From Clostridia bacterium (GTDB lineage: Bacteria > Bacillota > Clostridia > Oscillospirales > CAG-272), in assembly GCA_017938425.1 (NCBI GenBank), contig JAGBBQ010000086.1:1-56295 (forward strand): 56,295 bases of DNA, written 5' to 3'. The notes beneath the pieces are model-generated. The model searched no databases. It was not told the origin of the DNA and was given only the letters and a program-made list of their open reading frames with translations. Positions 7,958 through 16,823 of this stretch are shown piece after piece. The stretch's first letter is position 1; every line of letters begins with the position of its first letter. The position numbers were made by a program, and so were the translations under genes.

Positions 7958-9052
7958 ATGAAAAACACATTCGGCAATACCCTCAGCATCACGCTTTTCG
8001 GCGAGAGCCACGGCAGCGCGATCGGCGCCGTTCTGGACGGACTTGCACCCGGCGTTGCAATCGATGAGGATTTCATACATACAAGACTTTATCAGAGAAA
8101 GCCCAAGGCGGGCACGGGCACGGCACGCCGCGAGACCGACGAATACAGGATCCTCAGCGGTGCGGTCGGCGGCAGGACCACGGGCACGCCGCTTTGCCTC
8201 GTGATCGAGAATCAGTGCCAGCACAGCGGCGACTACGATGCGCTTCGCTATACGCCGCGCCCCGGACACGCGGACTATGCGGCAGAGGAAAAATACCACG
8301 GCTTCCAGGATACCCGCGGCGGCGGCCATTTTTCGGGCAGAGTGACGGCGGCGGTGGTTGCAGCGGGCGCCCTTGTGGAGGCGGCGCTCAGAAGGCACGG
8401 CATTTATATCTACACGCACATTCAGCGTATGGCGGATATTTCGGACGAGGCACTCTCGCAAGACAGCCGCGCGGTGCTTGACACGGCGGAATTTCCCACC
8501 GTTTCCCGCGAGGCGGAGGCGGCTATGAAGGCACATATTACGGCGGCCGGCCAAAGCGGTGACAGCGTTGGCGGCATTCTCGAGACCGAGATCGTCGGCC
8601 TGCCTGCGGGTATCGGCGAGCCCTGGTTCGACAGCCTTGAGAGCATGCTCTCTCACGCACTCTTCTCCATCGGCGGCGTGAAGGGCGTGGAATTCGGCGC
8701 CGGCTTCGCGATCGCGGATATGCGCGGCAGCGAGGCAAACGATGCGTATTATTACGACAGCGGCCGTGTGATGACGAAAACGAACAACAACGGCGGCATC
8801 GGCGGCGGCATTACCAACGGTATGCCCGTGCGTTTCCGACTTGCGGTGAAGCCGACGCCCTCGATCTATAAGGAGCAGATGACCGTGGATCTTTCCAAGG
8901 GCACGGATACCCCTCTCACGATCGGCGGACGGCACGATCCCGCGATCGTTCACAGAGCCGCTCCCGTCGTGAATGCGATGACGGCACTCTGCATTGCAGA
9001 TCTTCTGACCGTTCGCTACGGAACGGACTTTTTAAAGGTTGGTTTGAGGTAA
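7958..9052 (+). CDS. aroC: Chorismate synthase
   Basis: N-terminal FGESHGSAIGAVLDG, RPGHADY, GGGHFSGR and GGRHDPAIV signatures. Confidence 0.95.
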   Translation: MKNTFGNTLSITLFGESHGSAIGAVLDGLAPGVAIDEDFIHTRLYQRKPKAGTGTARRETDEYRILSGAVGGRTTGTPLCLVIENQCQHSGDYDALRYTPRPGHADYAAEEKYHGFQDTRGGGHFSGRVTAAVVAAGALVEAALRRHGIYIYTHIQRMADISDEALSQDSRAVLDTAEFPTVSREAEAAMKAHITAAGQSGDSVGGILETEIVGLPAGIGEPWFDSLESMLSHALFSIGGVKGVEFGAGFAIADMRGSEANDAYYYDSGRVMTKTNNNGGIGGGITNGMPVRFRLAVKPTPSIYKEQMTVDLSKGTDTPLTIGGRHDPAIVHRAAPVVNAMTALCIADLLTVRYGTDFLKVGLR

Positions 9053-9058
9053 AGAAAA

Positions 9059-10297
9059 ATGCTATACGGCTGTATTGGCGAGAAGCTCGGACACAGCTTC
9101 TCCAAGGAAATACACAATATGATCGGCTCATACGTCTATGAGCTGAAGGAGATCGACAAAGACGATCTGGACGCGTTTATGCGGCGAGGAGACTTTCTCG
9201 GCATCAACGTGACCATTCCCTATAAAGAAAAGGTCATCCCCCATCTCGCCTGCATCGACGAGAGCGCCAAGGCGATCGGCGCGGTCAACACCGTTGTTAA
9301 TCGCGGCGGCAAGCTTTACGGCTACAATACCGATTTTTACGGAATGGCGCAGCTTATCCGCCACGCGGGTATTTCCGTGAAGGGAAAGAAGGTCGCCATT
9401 CTCGGAACGGGCGGCACCTCCAAGACGGCAAGAGCCGTGGCGTCGCATCTCGGCGCAAAGACCGTGCTCGTTGTCAGCCGCACGAAAAGCGAGGGAACGG
9501 TGCTCTACGATACGCTCTATCAAAGGCACAGAGACACCGAGATCCTCATCAATACGACCCCCGTCGGAATGTATCCGCATTCGGACAGCGCGCCGCTCGA
9601 TATTTCGCTTTTCAAAAAACTTTCGGGCGTGATCGACGCGGTCTACAATCCTCTGAACACGTGTCTGATCTGCGCGGCAAAGGAGCGCGGCATCCCTGCG
9701 GAGGGCGGTCTTTACATGCTGGTGGCACAGGCGGTGCGCGCCTCGGAGATCTTTCTTTGCAAGCAGTACGACAGCGCGCTGCTTGACGGCATCTATAAAA
9801 AGATACTGACGCAAAAGAAGAACGTGGTTCTGATCGGTATGCCCGCAAGCGGCAAGACGACCGTAGGCCGCCTGGTTGCCGAAAAGCTCGGGCGCGGCTT
9901 CACGGACACCGACGATCTTATCACGGTCACAAGCGGCGAGCCGATCTCCCGTATCTTTGAAAAATACGGAGAAAAGGAGTTCAGACGCCGCGAATGCGAG
10001 CAGATCAAGAACGCATCCGTATCGGTGGGGAACGTGATCGCAACCGGCGGCGGTGCGGTATTAAACAAGATAAATGTAAATAATCTTTCGCAAAACGGAC
10101 ACATTTTCTTCCTTGATCGCTCACCCGAGCTTCTGATACCGACCGAAGATCGGCCGCTTGGAAGCACGAAGGAGGCGATCCTTAAGCGCTACAAGGAGCG
10201 CTATGATATCTACTGTGCCTCCTGCCACACGCGCATAGAGGCCGACGGCGACGTCGAGACGGTCGCACAAAGAATCATTGAGGAGTTTTACAAGTGA
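9059..10297 (+). CDS. aroE/aroK: Fused shikimate dehydrogenase / shikimate kinase
   Basis: The N-terminal half is SDH-like (GHSFSKEIHN, NVTIPYKE, NTDFYG, ILGTGGTSKTA). The C-terminal third has the shikimate kinase P-loop (VVLIGMPASGKTTVGRLVAEKLG ... FRRRE ... ATGGG). Confidence 0.9.
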   Translation: MLYGCIGEKLGHSFSKEIHNMIGSYVYELKEIDKDDLDAFMRRGDFLGINVTIPYKEKVIPHLACIDESAKAIGAVNTVVNRGGKLYGYNTDFYGMAQLIRHAGISVKGKKVAILGTGGTSKTARAVASHLGAKTVLVVSRTKSEGTVLYDTLYQRHRDTEILINTTPVGMYPHSDSAPLDISLFKKLSGVIDAVYNPLNTCLICAAKERGIPAEGGLYMLVAQAVRASEIFLCKQYDSALLDGIYKKILTQKKNVVLIGMPASGKTTVGRLVAEKLGRGFTDTDDLITVTSGEPISRIFEKYGEKEFRRRECEQIKNASVSVGNVIATGGGAVLNKINVNNLSQNGHIFFLDRSPELLIPTEDRPLGSTKEAILKRYKERYDIYCASCHTRIEADGDVETVAQRIIEEFYK

Positions 10298-10743
10298 AGC
10301 TTTTAGTTATCAACGGACCCAATCTGAATATGCTCGGCATCCGCGAGCCGAAGCACTACGGCAAGGAGAGCTACGAGGACCTCCTTGAAAAGCTTGCCGC
10401 GCACGCAGAAAAGCTCGGCGCGGAGCTTCTTTGCTATCAGTCGAACCACGAGGGCGCGCTCGTTGACAGGATCCAGGAGGCGTACTTCGAGGGGGTGGAC
10501 GGCATCGTGATCAATCCCGGCGCATACACCCACACGAGCATCGCGCTTCTGGATGCGCTGAGCTCCGTTTCCATCCCGACGGTGGAGGTACACATTTCCG
10601 ATGTATCAAGGCGTGAGGATTTCAGGCAGATCAGCTATCTGCGCGCCGCCTGTGTCGCGACCATTGCCGGCCACGGAACCGACGGTTACCTGGAGGCGAT
10701 GACACTTTTATCCGAACGATTTAAAGGAGCAAAGCAGCTATGA
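10294..10743 (+). CDS. aroQ: Type II 3-dehydroquinate dehydratase
   Basis: LVINGPNLNMLGIREPKHYG ... QSNHEG ... INPGAYTHTSIAL ... EVHISD. GTG start 8 nt after gaggag, overlapping the upstream stop. Confidence 0.95.
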   Translation: MKLLVINGPNLNMLGIREPKHYGKESYEDLLEKLAAHAEKLGAELLCYQSNHEGALVDRIQEAYFEGVDGIVINPGAYTHTSIALLDALSSVSIPTVEVHISDVSRREDFRQISYLRAACVATIAGHGTDGYLEAMTLLSERFKGAKQL

Positions 10744-11954
10744 CGGTTACCATTGAGCCATCGCGCGCGGTGGGAGAGGTATTCGCGCCTCCCTCCAAGA
10801 GCATTGCGCACCGACTTCTGATCTGTGCCGCGCTTGCGGGCGGAACGAGCCGCGTGCGCGGCATCAGCGACTGCGAGGACGTACGCGCCACGCTGCGCTG
10901 CCTCGAGGGACTTTCCATTCCCTACGAGATCTCGGGCGACTGCGTGACCGTCTGGGGCAAGCCGCTCGCGGATGCCGATCCGAAGAATCCGCTTTTTGCG
11001 GGAGAGAGCGGCAGCACGCTGCGCTTTCTCATCCCGCTGGCGCTTCTTTGCGAAAAGAGGGTCTGCTTCACCGCAAAGAGTTCGCTCCTCGCCCGCCCCT
11101 TCGGCGTTTACGAGGCGCTCGCTGCGGAAAAGGGATTTTTCTTTGAAAAAAACGGGGACTCCATCACCGTGGAGGGGCCTCTTACCTCCGGGGACTACCG
11201 CGTGCCCGGCAATATTTCGAGCCAATTTATCAGCGGTCTGCTCTTTGCGCTGCCCCTGCTTTCGGGTGACAGCCGCATCATCATTACCACGGCGGTGGAG
11301 AGCCGCTCGTACATCAATCTGACCGTCAAGGCGCTGGCGCAGTTCGGCGTTACCGTTCGCTGGGAGGACGAGCACACGCTCCTCATTCCGGGCGGACAGA
11401 GCTACCAAAGCCGCGAGATCAGCGTGGAGGGCGACTATTCCAACGCCGCCTTCCTCGATGCGCTGAACCTTTTCGGCGGCGAGGTCACGGTCAAGGGGCT
11501 GGACAGCGAAAGCCTGCAGGGAGATAAGATCTACCGCCAATACTTCCCGATGCTCGATCTCGGCGTTCCGACGCTGCACATCGGGGATTGCCCCGACCTC
11601 GGCCCGATCCTTTTCGCGGTCGCGGCAGCGAAGAACGGCGGCGTTTTCAGCGGCACGCGCAGGCTTCGCATCAAGGAATCCGACCGCGCGGCGGCCATGG
11701 CAAGCGAGCTTCGCAAGTTCGGTGCGACCGTCACGGTCTACGATGACAGCGTGGTGGTCTTCCCCGGCAGCTTTCACGCACCGACCGAGCCGCTGGAGGG
11801 ACACAACGACCATCGCATCGTTATGGCGCTCTCGGTCCTTCTCTCCTTTACGGGGGGCGCTATCGTCGGCGCAGAGGCCGTCAAGAAGAGCTATCCCTCG
11901 TTTTTCAGGGATGCCGCGATGCTTGGCATCCGCGTGAAGGAGGAAACAAAATGA
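10740..11954 (+). CDS. aroA: 3-phosphoshikimate 1-carboxyvinyltransferase (EPSP synthase)
   Basis: PPSKSIAHRLLICAALA, GESGSTLRFL, LRIKESDR, DHRIVMA motifs. Overlaps aroQ by 4 nt. Confidence 0.95.
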   Translation: MTVTIEPSRAVGEVFAPPSKSIAHRLLICAALAGGTSRVRGISDCEDVRATLRCLEGLSIPYEISGDCVTVWGKPLADADPKNPLFAGESGSTLRFLIPLALLCEKRVCFTAKSSLLARPFGVYEALAAEKGFFFEKNGDSITVEGPLTSGDYRVPGNISSQFISGLLFALPLLSGDSRIIITTAVESRSYINLTVKALAQFGVTVRWEDEHTLLIPGGQSYQSREISVEGDYSNAAFLDALNLFGGEVTVKGLDSESLQGDKIYRQYFPMLDLGVPTLHIGDCPDLGPILFAVAAAKNGGVFSGTRRLRIKESDRAAAMASELRKFGATVTVYDDSVVVFPGSFHAPTEPLEGHNDHRIVMALSVLLSFTGGAIVGAEAVKKSYPSFFRDAAMLGIRVKEETK

Positions 11955-12826
11955 CACTGAACAGCAATATGAATATTCTCATCGTCGGTCTCGGCGTTAT
12001 GGGCGGAAGCTATGCGCGCGCACTGACGAAGAAGGGCTTCCGTATTCGCTGCATCACAAAGGATGCGGCCGATATCGAATACGCGCTCGGCGAGGGGATG
12101 ATCGCCGAGGGTGCGGTCGAGGTGCGGGCGGATTGGCTTGCAGAGGCGGATCTTATCGTTTTCGCGCTCTATCCCAAGACCTTTATTTCCTGGATCAAGG
12201 AAAACGGACACCTTCTTAAAAGAGGTGTGACGATCACCGACGTCAGCGGTGTCAAAAGCGGCGTGATCGCAAGCATCCAAGGGCTTCTGCCCGAGGGCGT
12301 TGAGTTTATCTCCGCGCACCCGATGGCAGGCCGAGAGCGCAGCGGCGTTGCCTTCAGCGACGACTCGGTCTTTACCGGCGCGAACTATATCGTTGTCCCC
12401 ACCGAAAAAAACACCGAGAAGGCGATCCTCCTTTGCGAGGCATTGGGAAGAACGCTCGGCTTTTTGCGCATCTCCCGTCTCGACGCAGAGGCGCACGACC
12501 GAATGATCGCCTTTCTCTCGCAGCTGACGCACTGCATCGCCGTTTCCCTTATGAACTGCAACGATGCCCCCGATATGGAGAAATACACGGGTGACTCCTT
12601 CCGCGATCTGACGCGCATCGCCAAGATCAACGAGAATATGTGGAGCGAGCTTTTCCTTCTGAACAAGGATGCTCTGCTCGCAGAGATGGATGCCTTTGCA
12701 AAGGAGTTTGCCGACTTCCGCGCCCTGCTTGCGGCAGAGGATGCCGAGGGGATGAAGGAAAAAATGCGCGCATCCACCGCAAAAAGAATGAAGTTTGATA
12801 AGCCGAAAGGAAATACTGCATTATGA
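11951..12826 (+). CDS. tyrA: Prephenate dehydrogenase
   Basis: Rossmann N-terminus ILIVGLGVMGGSYARAL, SAHPMAGRE, and the HDRMIAFLSQLTH motif. Overlaps aroA by 4 nt. Confidence 0.92.
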   Translation: MTLNSNMNILIVGLGVMGGSYARALTKKGFRIRCITKDAADIEYALGEGMIAEGAVEVRADWLAEADLIVFALYPKTFISWIKENGHLLKRGVTITDVSGVKSGVIASIQGLLPEGVEFISAHPMAGRERSGVAFSDDSVFTGANYIVVPTEKNTEKAILLCEALGRTLGFLRISRLDAEAHDRMIAFLSQLTHCIAVSLMNCNDAPDMEKYTGDSFRDLTRIAKINENMWSELFLLNKDALLAEMDAFAKEFADFRALLAAEDAEGMKEKMRASTAKRMKFDKPKGNTAL

Positions 12827-13848
12827 ATATGAAATTCTACAGAAAGCTCCCGATCCCCAAGGAGATCAAGGAGCAATTCCCCGTTTCCGAGGAGATCGCC
12901 ACACTGCGCGACAAAAAGATCAATGAGATGAAGGATATCTTCAGCGGTAAGGACGACCGCCTTATGCTCGTGATCGGCCCCTGCTCTGCCGACAGAGAGG
13001 ATGCCGTGATGGATTATATCTACCGTCTCAAGCGCGTGCAGGAGCGCGTGCAGGATAAGGTGATGCTCATCCCGCGTATCTACACGAACAAGCCCCGTAC
13101 CACGGGTGACGGCTACAAGGGACTCTTCTCCCAGCCCAACCCCGATGCCGCGCCCGATCTGCTTTCGGGCGTGATTGCGATGCGTAAGCTGCATATGCGC
13201 GCCATCAAGGAGACCGGCTTCGCTTGCGCGGATGAGATGCTCTACCCCGAGAATCACAGATACCTTTCGGACCTGATCGGCTACGTCGCCGTCGGTGCAA
13301 GATCGGTGGAGAACCAGCAGCACCGACTGACCGCGAGCGGTCTGAACGTGCCCGTGGGAATGAAGAACCCGACCAGCGGCGACATTACCGTTATGATGAA
13401 TTCCATCAAGGCGGCGCAGCACTCCCACATTTTCTGCTACCGCGGCTGGGAGGTCGAGACCGAGGGCAACCCTTACGCGCACGCCATTCTGCGCGGCTAC
13501 GTGGACAGACTCGGGCGCACGCATTCCAACTACCATTACGAGGATCTTGCGGGTCTTTACGAGACCTACAAGACGAGCGGACTTGAGAACCCTGCCGTGA
13601 TCATCGATACAAATCACGCAAACTCCGCAAAGAAATATCTCGAGCAGGTGCGCATTGCCAAGGAGGTTCTGCACAGCAGCCGCTACTCGAAGGACGTGCG
13701 CAGCATCGTGAAGGGCCTGATGATCGAGAGCTATCTCGAGGACGGCGCACAGAGCGACACCTCGGTTTACGGCAAATCCATCACCGACCCCTGCCTCGGC
13801 TGGGAAAAGACCGAGGCGCTGATCCTGCACATCGCGGATATCGTATAA
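12823..13848 (+). CDS. 3-deoxy-7-phosphoheptulonate (DAHP) synthase, class I (AroF/G/H-like)
   Basis: LVIGPCSADRED ... IPRIYTNKPRTTGDGYKGLFSQP ... IDTNHANS, resembling E. coli-type DAHP synthases. Overlaps tyrA by 4 nt. Confidence 0.9.
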   Translation: MNMKFYRKLPIPKEIKEQFPVSEEIATLRDKKINEMKDIFSGKDDRLMLVIGPCSADREDAVMDYIYRLKRVQERVQDKVMLIPRIYTNKPRTTGDGYKGLFSQPNPDAAPDLLSGVIAMRKLHMRAIKETGFACADEMLYPENHRYLSDLIGYVAVGARSVENQQHRLTASGLNVPVGMKNPTSGDITVMMNSIKAAQHSHIFCYRGWEVETEGNPYAHAILRGYVDRLGRTHSNYHYEDLAGLYETYKTSGLENPAVIIDTNHANSAKKYLEQVRIAKEVLHSSRYSKDVRSIVKGLMIESYLEDGAQSDTSVYGKSITDPCLGWEKTEALILHIADIV

Positions 13849-13849
13849 A

Positions 13850-14377
13850 ATGATAAAAAGAAAAACGCAAAGACTCGTTTTATCGGGGCTTCTCGTGGCG
13901 CTCGGGATCATTCTTCCCTACGCGACGGCACACGGCATGGGGCTGGCAGGCACGCTGCTGCTCCCCATGCACATCCCCGTGCTTTTGTGCGGCTTCCTTT
14001 GCGGCCCGATCTACGGAGCGCTTTCAGGCGCAGTCCTGCCGCTTCTCAACTGCCTGCTCACGGGAATGCCCGCCCCGTTTCCCATGCTTCCGATCATGTT
14101 CTTCGAGCTCTCCGTTTACGGGCTCACGAGCGGCCTTCTTTTTGAAAAAACAAGGCTGGGGAAAATGCGCTTCGGAATATACATTGCCCTGCCCGCCGCT
14201 ATGATCTGCGGCCGCATCGCTTATGCGGCGGTCTTTCACATCCTTCTCTTCACCTTCGGCAGCCTTCGTGCGCTTGCGGTGGGTGCGGCGATCGTCACCG
14301 GTCTACCCGGCATTCTATGCCAGCTTCTGATCATACCTCCGATCGTTTTTCTGATCCGCGAGCGCTTGAAGTATTGA
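13850..14377 (+). CDS. ECF-transporter S (substrate-capture) component-like membrane protein
   Basis: 175 aa with about 5-6 TM helices, an N-terminal basic stretch followed by LVLSGLLVALGIILPY, and size and topology typical of ECF S components. It starts 2 nt after the DAHP synthase stop. Substrate unknown. Confidence 0.6.
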   Translation: MIKRKTQRLVLSGLLVALGIILPYATAHGMGLAGTLLLPMHIPVLLCGFLCGPIYGALSGAVLPLLNCLLTGMPAPFPMLPIMFFELSVYGLTSGLLFEKTRLGKMRFGIYIALPAAMICGRIAYAAVFHILLFTFGSLRALAVGAAIVTGLPGILCQLLIIPPIVFLIRERLKY

Positions 14378-14390
14378 TTTTTTAAAAAAA

Positions 14391-14430
14391 CAAGCGGATA
14401 TGCAAATAATTCTTTGCATATCCGCTTGTT
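14391..14430. terminator. Bidirectional rho-independent terminator between convergent genes
   Basis: caagcggatatgcaaa-taattc-tttgcatatccgcttg, a perfect 16-bp stem flanked by an A-run (14384-14390) and a T-run (14429-14432). Confidence 0.9.
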
Positions 14431-15987
14431 TTATATTTCTTCGCTATCGTTCTGGAAGGTGGAAAGCTCTCTTGCGATCTGCTTTGGAAGATCCGACGGA
14501 ATGACACCGAAGCTCGAAAACTCCCTGGCAAGGGTATCCGCGGCGCGGCCGTGGAAATACGGCGCGAGCGCGGCGGCGACGATGGGCGAGGCGCCCGAGG
14601 CGGCGAGGGACGAAAGGAAGCCCGCAAGCACGTCTCCGCTTCCCGCCTTGGCAAGCGCCGACGAGCCCGTATGGTTGATATAGAGCTCCTCTCCGTCCGT
14701 GACGAGGGTGCCTGCCCCCTTCAGAACGAGAATGCAGCCGACGTCCTTCGCAAAGGCGCGCGCACTTTCGATGCGATGCTTTTGCACAGTGGAGATACCC
14801 ATTCCGGAAAGGCGGCAGAACTCCATCGGATGCGGCGTCAGAATCACGGGGCGCACCGCGGCGCGCAGAGCGGCAAGGCTCTCTTCTCTGTCAATGGCAA
14901 GCGAATTGATGGCATCCGCATCCAAAATCAGCGGACCGCCCTCGGAGGCGAGAAGCGCGCGAATGAGCGTGCCGAGCCCGCGGCTCTGTCCCGAGCCGCA
15001 GCCGATCAGGGTCGCCTTATGCTTTCCGGATGCCTGCGTCAGCGCGGCGATGGCGGATTCGCTTATATTCTCCGTATCCTCGGTCTTTTCATAGATGACC
15101 TCGGGAAATCTCTTCACAAGCTCGGCGCAGAGAGGCTCCGTGCCGTAATAGCGGATAAGGCCGACGCCGCCGCGCAGCGCGCCCTCCAGCGCGAGAGCCG
15201 CCGCGCCCCGATAGGTCTCGCTGCCCGCGATCACCATCAGACTGCCGAAGCTGCCCTTATGCGTATTCTTCTCTCTCGCGGGAAGATTCTGCTCCACCCA
15301 GCATTTCTCGATCAGGCGGTTCGGAAACGGAAGCTGCGCCTCGAGCTCCGCCGTGGGAAGCGAAAGATCGTCCAGAATGATATCACCGACGAAGGAGCGC
15401 GCGGGATAGGATAGGATGCCGACCTTGATAAAGGAAAGCTCCACCGTGGCGCCGACGTAGATCGCATCCTCGGTCACGCTTCCGTCATCGGCATTGACGC
15501 CGAGCGGCACGTCCACCGCGATCTTCTGCACACCGACGGCGGCCTTTACCGCCTTGGCAAGGCGGCGCAGATTCTCGGGGATCTCGCCGCGAAGGCCCGT
15601 GCCGAAGATCGCATCCACGATGCAATCCGCCGCGGTGAGATCCATGCGCGACTCCTCCTCCTCAGTCAAGGAAAGAAGGCTGCCGCCGAGCGACAGATAG
15701 CGCTCTACGAAGGAGCGGCCGACATCGGTCTTCTGCCCTGCCTGCAATACGTCGTATACGACGACGCGGTGGGTATCCATCAGCTCGATCGCGGCGGAAT
15801 AGCCGTCCGCTCCGTTATTGCCGCGCCCCGCCAATATGACGACGCGACCGCCCGCGGGGATACGCTCTCTGACCACCTTTGCGACGGCTCTGCCGGCGCG
15901 CGTGATCAGCTCCTGCATCGGAATACCGAGCTTCTGCTTTGCATATGCATCGATCTCAGAGATCTGAGAAGAGGTTACAAGCTTCAT
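14431..15987 (-). CDS. nnr: Bifunctional NAD(P)H-hydrate epimerase / ADP-dependent NAD(P)H-hydrate dehydratase
   Basis: N-terminal YjeF_N (VILAGRGNNGADGY) and C-terminal carbohydrate-kinase-like dehydratase domain (THKGSFGSLMVIAGS ... GSGDVLAG). Confidence 0.92.
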   Translation of the reverse strand: MKLVTSSQISEIDAYAKQKLGIPMQELITRAGRAVAKVVRERIPAGGRVVILAGRGNNGADGYSAAIELMDTHRVVVYDVLQAGQKTDVGRSFVERYLSLGGSLLSLTEEEESRMDLTAADCIVDAIFGTGLRGEIPENLRRLAKAVKAAVGVQKIAVDVPLGVNADDGSVTEDAIYVGATVELSFIKVGILSYPARSFVGDIILDDLSLPTAELEAQLPFPNRLIEKCWVEQNLPAREKNTHKGSFGSLMVIAGSETYRGAAALALEGALRGGVGLIRYYGTEPLCAELVKRFPEVIYEKTEDTENISESAIAALTQASGKHKATLIGCGSGQSRGLGTLIRALLASEGGPLILDADAINSLAIDREESLAALRAAVRPVILTPHPMEFCRLSGMGISTVQKHRIESARAFAKDVGCILVLKGAGTLVTDGEELYINHTGSSALAKAGSGDVLAGFLSSLAASGASPIVAAALAPYFHGRAADTLAREFSSFGVIPSDLPKQIARELSTFQNDSEEI

Positions 15988-16067
15988 TTTTTACACCTTT
16001 CTTGGGTATTTTCAATAAAGCACAAAAATTGATTTTGTGTTTTTTGTACGAAGTAACAAAAAGATAC

Positions 16068-16096
16068 TTTACAAATCCCTTGTTTTATGCTATACT
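16068..16096 (+). promoter_or_regulatory. Sigma-A type promoter for the cytidylate-kinase-like gene
   Basis: TTTACA (16068-16073), 17-nt spacer, TGc-TATACT (16091-16096). Confidence 0.65.
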
Positions 16097-16133
16097 ATTA
16101 AAAAAATACAGCGAAACAAAGGAGAGTGATCTT

Positions 16134-16760
16134 ATGTCTAAGAAACTTATCATTACCATTGCCCGTCAATACGGAAGCGGCGGCCGCGAGATCGGCGAAA
16201 AGATCGCGGCAGCACTCGGCATTCCGCTTTATGACAAGGAAATCATCAAGGATGCCGCCGCACAGGGCGATCTGCACGTGGACGTGATCAAAAAGAGTGA
16301 GGAGACCGCGGCAAATTCCCTTCTTTACACGCTTGCTATGGGCTCCAACGTTTTCGGCGCCTCCATGTCCTTCGGATATAAGATGCCTCTCAACGATAAG
16401 CTCTTTATTCTCCAGTCCGATATTATCAAGAATTATGCCAAGGAGGGCAGCTGCGTGATCATCGGCCGCTGCGGCGACTACGTGCTGCGCGACGAGAGCA
16501 ACCTTCTGCGCGTTTTCGTCTTCGGAGATCTTGACCACCGCAAGCAGAGAGTGATCGAGCGCCATCCCGACGTGAAGGAATCTCAGGTCGTGGATATCAT
16601 CAACAAGACCGACAAGCGCAGAGCGTCCTACTACAACTTCTACACCGGGCAGAAGTGGGGCAAGTATGACAACTACGATCTGACCGTGAACTCCTCCACG
16701 CTTGGCATCGACGGCGTGGTTGACACCGTTGTTGCGCTCGCGAAGGAAAAAATGGAATGA
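16134..16760 (+). CDS. Cytidylate kinase-like family protein (P-loop NTPase)
   Basis: MSKKLIITIARQYGSGGREIGEKIAAALGIPLYDKE is the typical N-terminus of this family. ATG at 16134 lies 7 nt after RBS aaggagag. The upstream part of the track ORF (15939-) overlaps the promoter and is rejected. Confidence 0.85.
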   Translation: MSKKLIITIARQYGSGGREIGEKIAAALGIPLYDKEIIKDAAAQGDLHVDVIKKSEETAANSLLYTLAMGSNVFGASMSFGYKMPLNDKLFILQSDIIKNYAKEGSCVIIGRCGDYVLRDESNLLRVFVFGDLDHRKQRVIERHPDVKESQVVDIINKTDKRRASYYNFYTGQKWGKYDNYDLTVNSSTLGIDGVVDTVVALAKEKME

Positions 16761-16770
16761 TTTTTAAAAG

Positions 16771-16809
16771 AAGCCGAGGCTCGTGACAGAGAGCCTCGGC
16801 TTTTATTTT
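16771..16809. terminator. Bidirectional rho-independent terminator
   Basis: aagccgaggctc-gtgacaga-gagcctcggctt followed by ttttatttt and preceded by aaaag, between convergent genes. Confidence 0.9.
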
Positions 16810-16823
16810 GGGAAAGCCCCTGC

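Noticed and set aside
7523-8953. Long antisense or off-frame ORFs throughout the GC-rich part. Examples: 920..2062 +, 2099..3190 +, 4515..5348 -, 6003..6752 -, 7523..8953 -, 10686..11957 -, 12385..13911 -, 14551..15414 +, 19943..20749 -, 21537..22364 -, 24847..26127 -, 26237..27139 -, 27370..28356 -, 29179..30681 -, 35156..36136 -, 36133..37104 -, 36815..38512 -, 39572..40420 -, 46226..47296 -, 47277..47972 -, 48051..49100 +.
   Set aside because: Each lies opposite or out of frame to a CDS with clear family motifs. Their translations are Arg/Ala/Gly/His-rich low-complexity sequence typical of shadow ORFs in high-GC DNA, and they lack an RBS.
15939-16133. N-terminal extensions of track ORFs. 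These are 15939 (cytidylate-kinase-like), 18255 (membrane protein), 18843 (gpsA), 21471 (beta-helix 2), 41291 (MarR), 45025 (GtrA), 50204 (catalase), 50547 (hydrolase) and 52144 (ktrB).
   Set aside because: In each case the extension crosses a promoter or terminator, or is the off-frame tail of the previous gene. An internal start with a proper AGGAGG-like RBS at 5-9 nt also reproduces the family-typical N-terminus.
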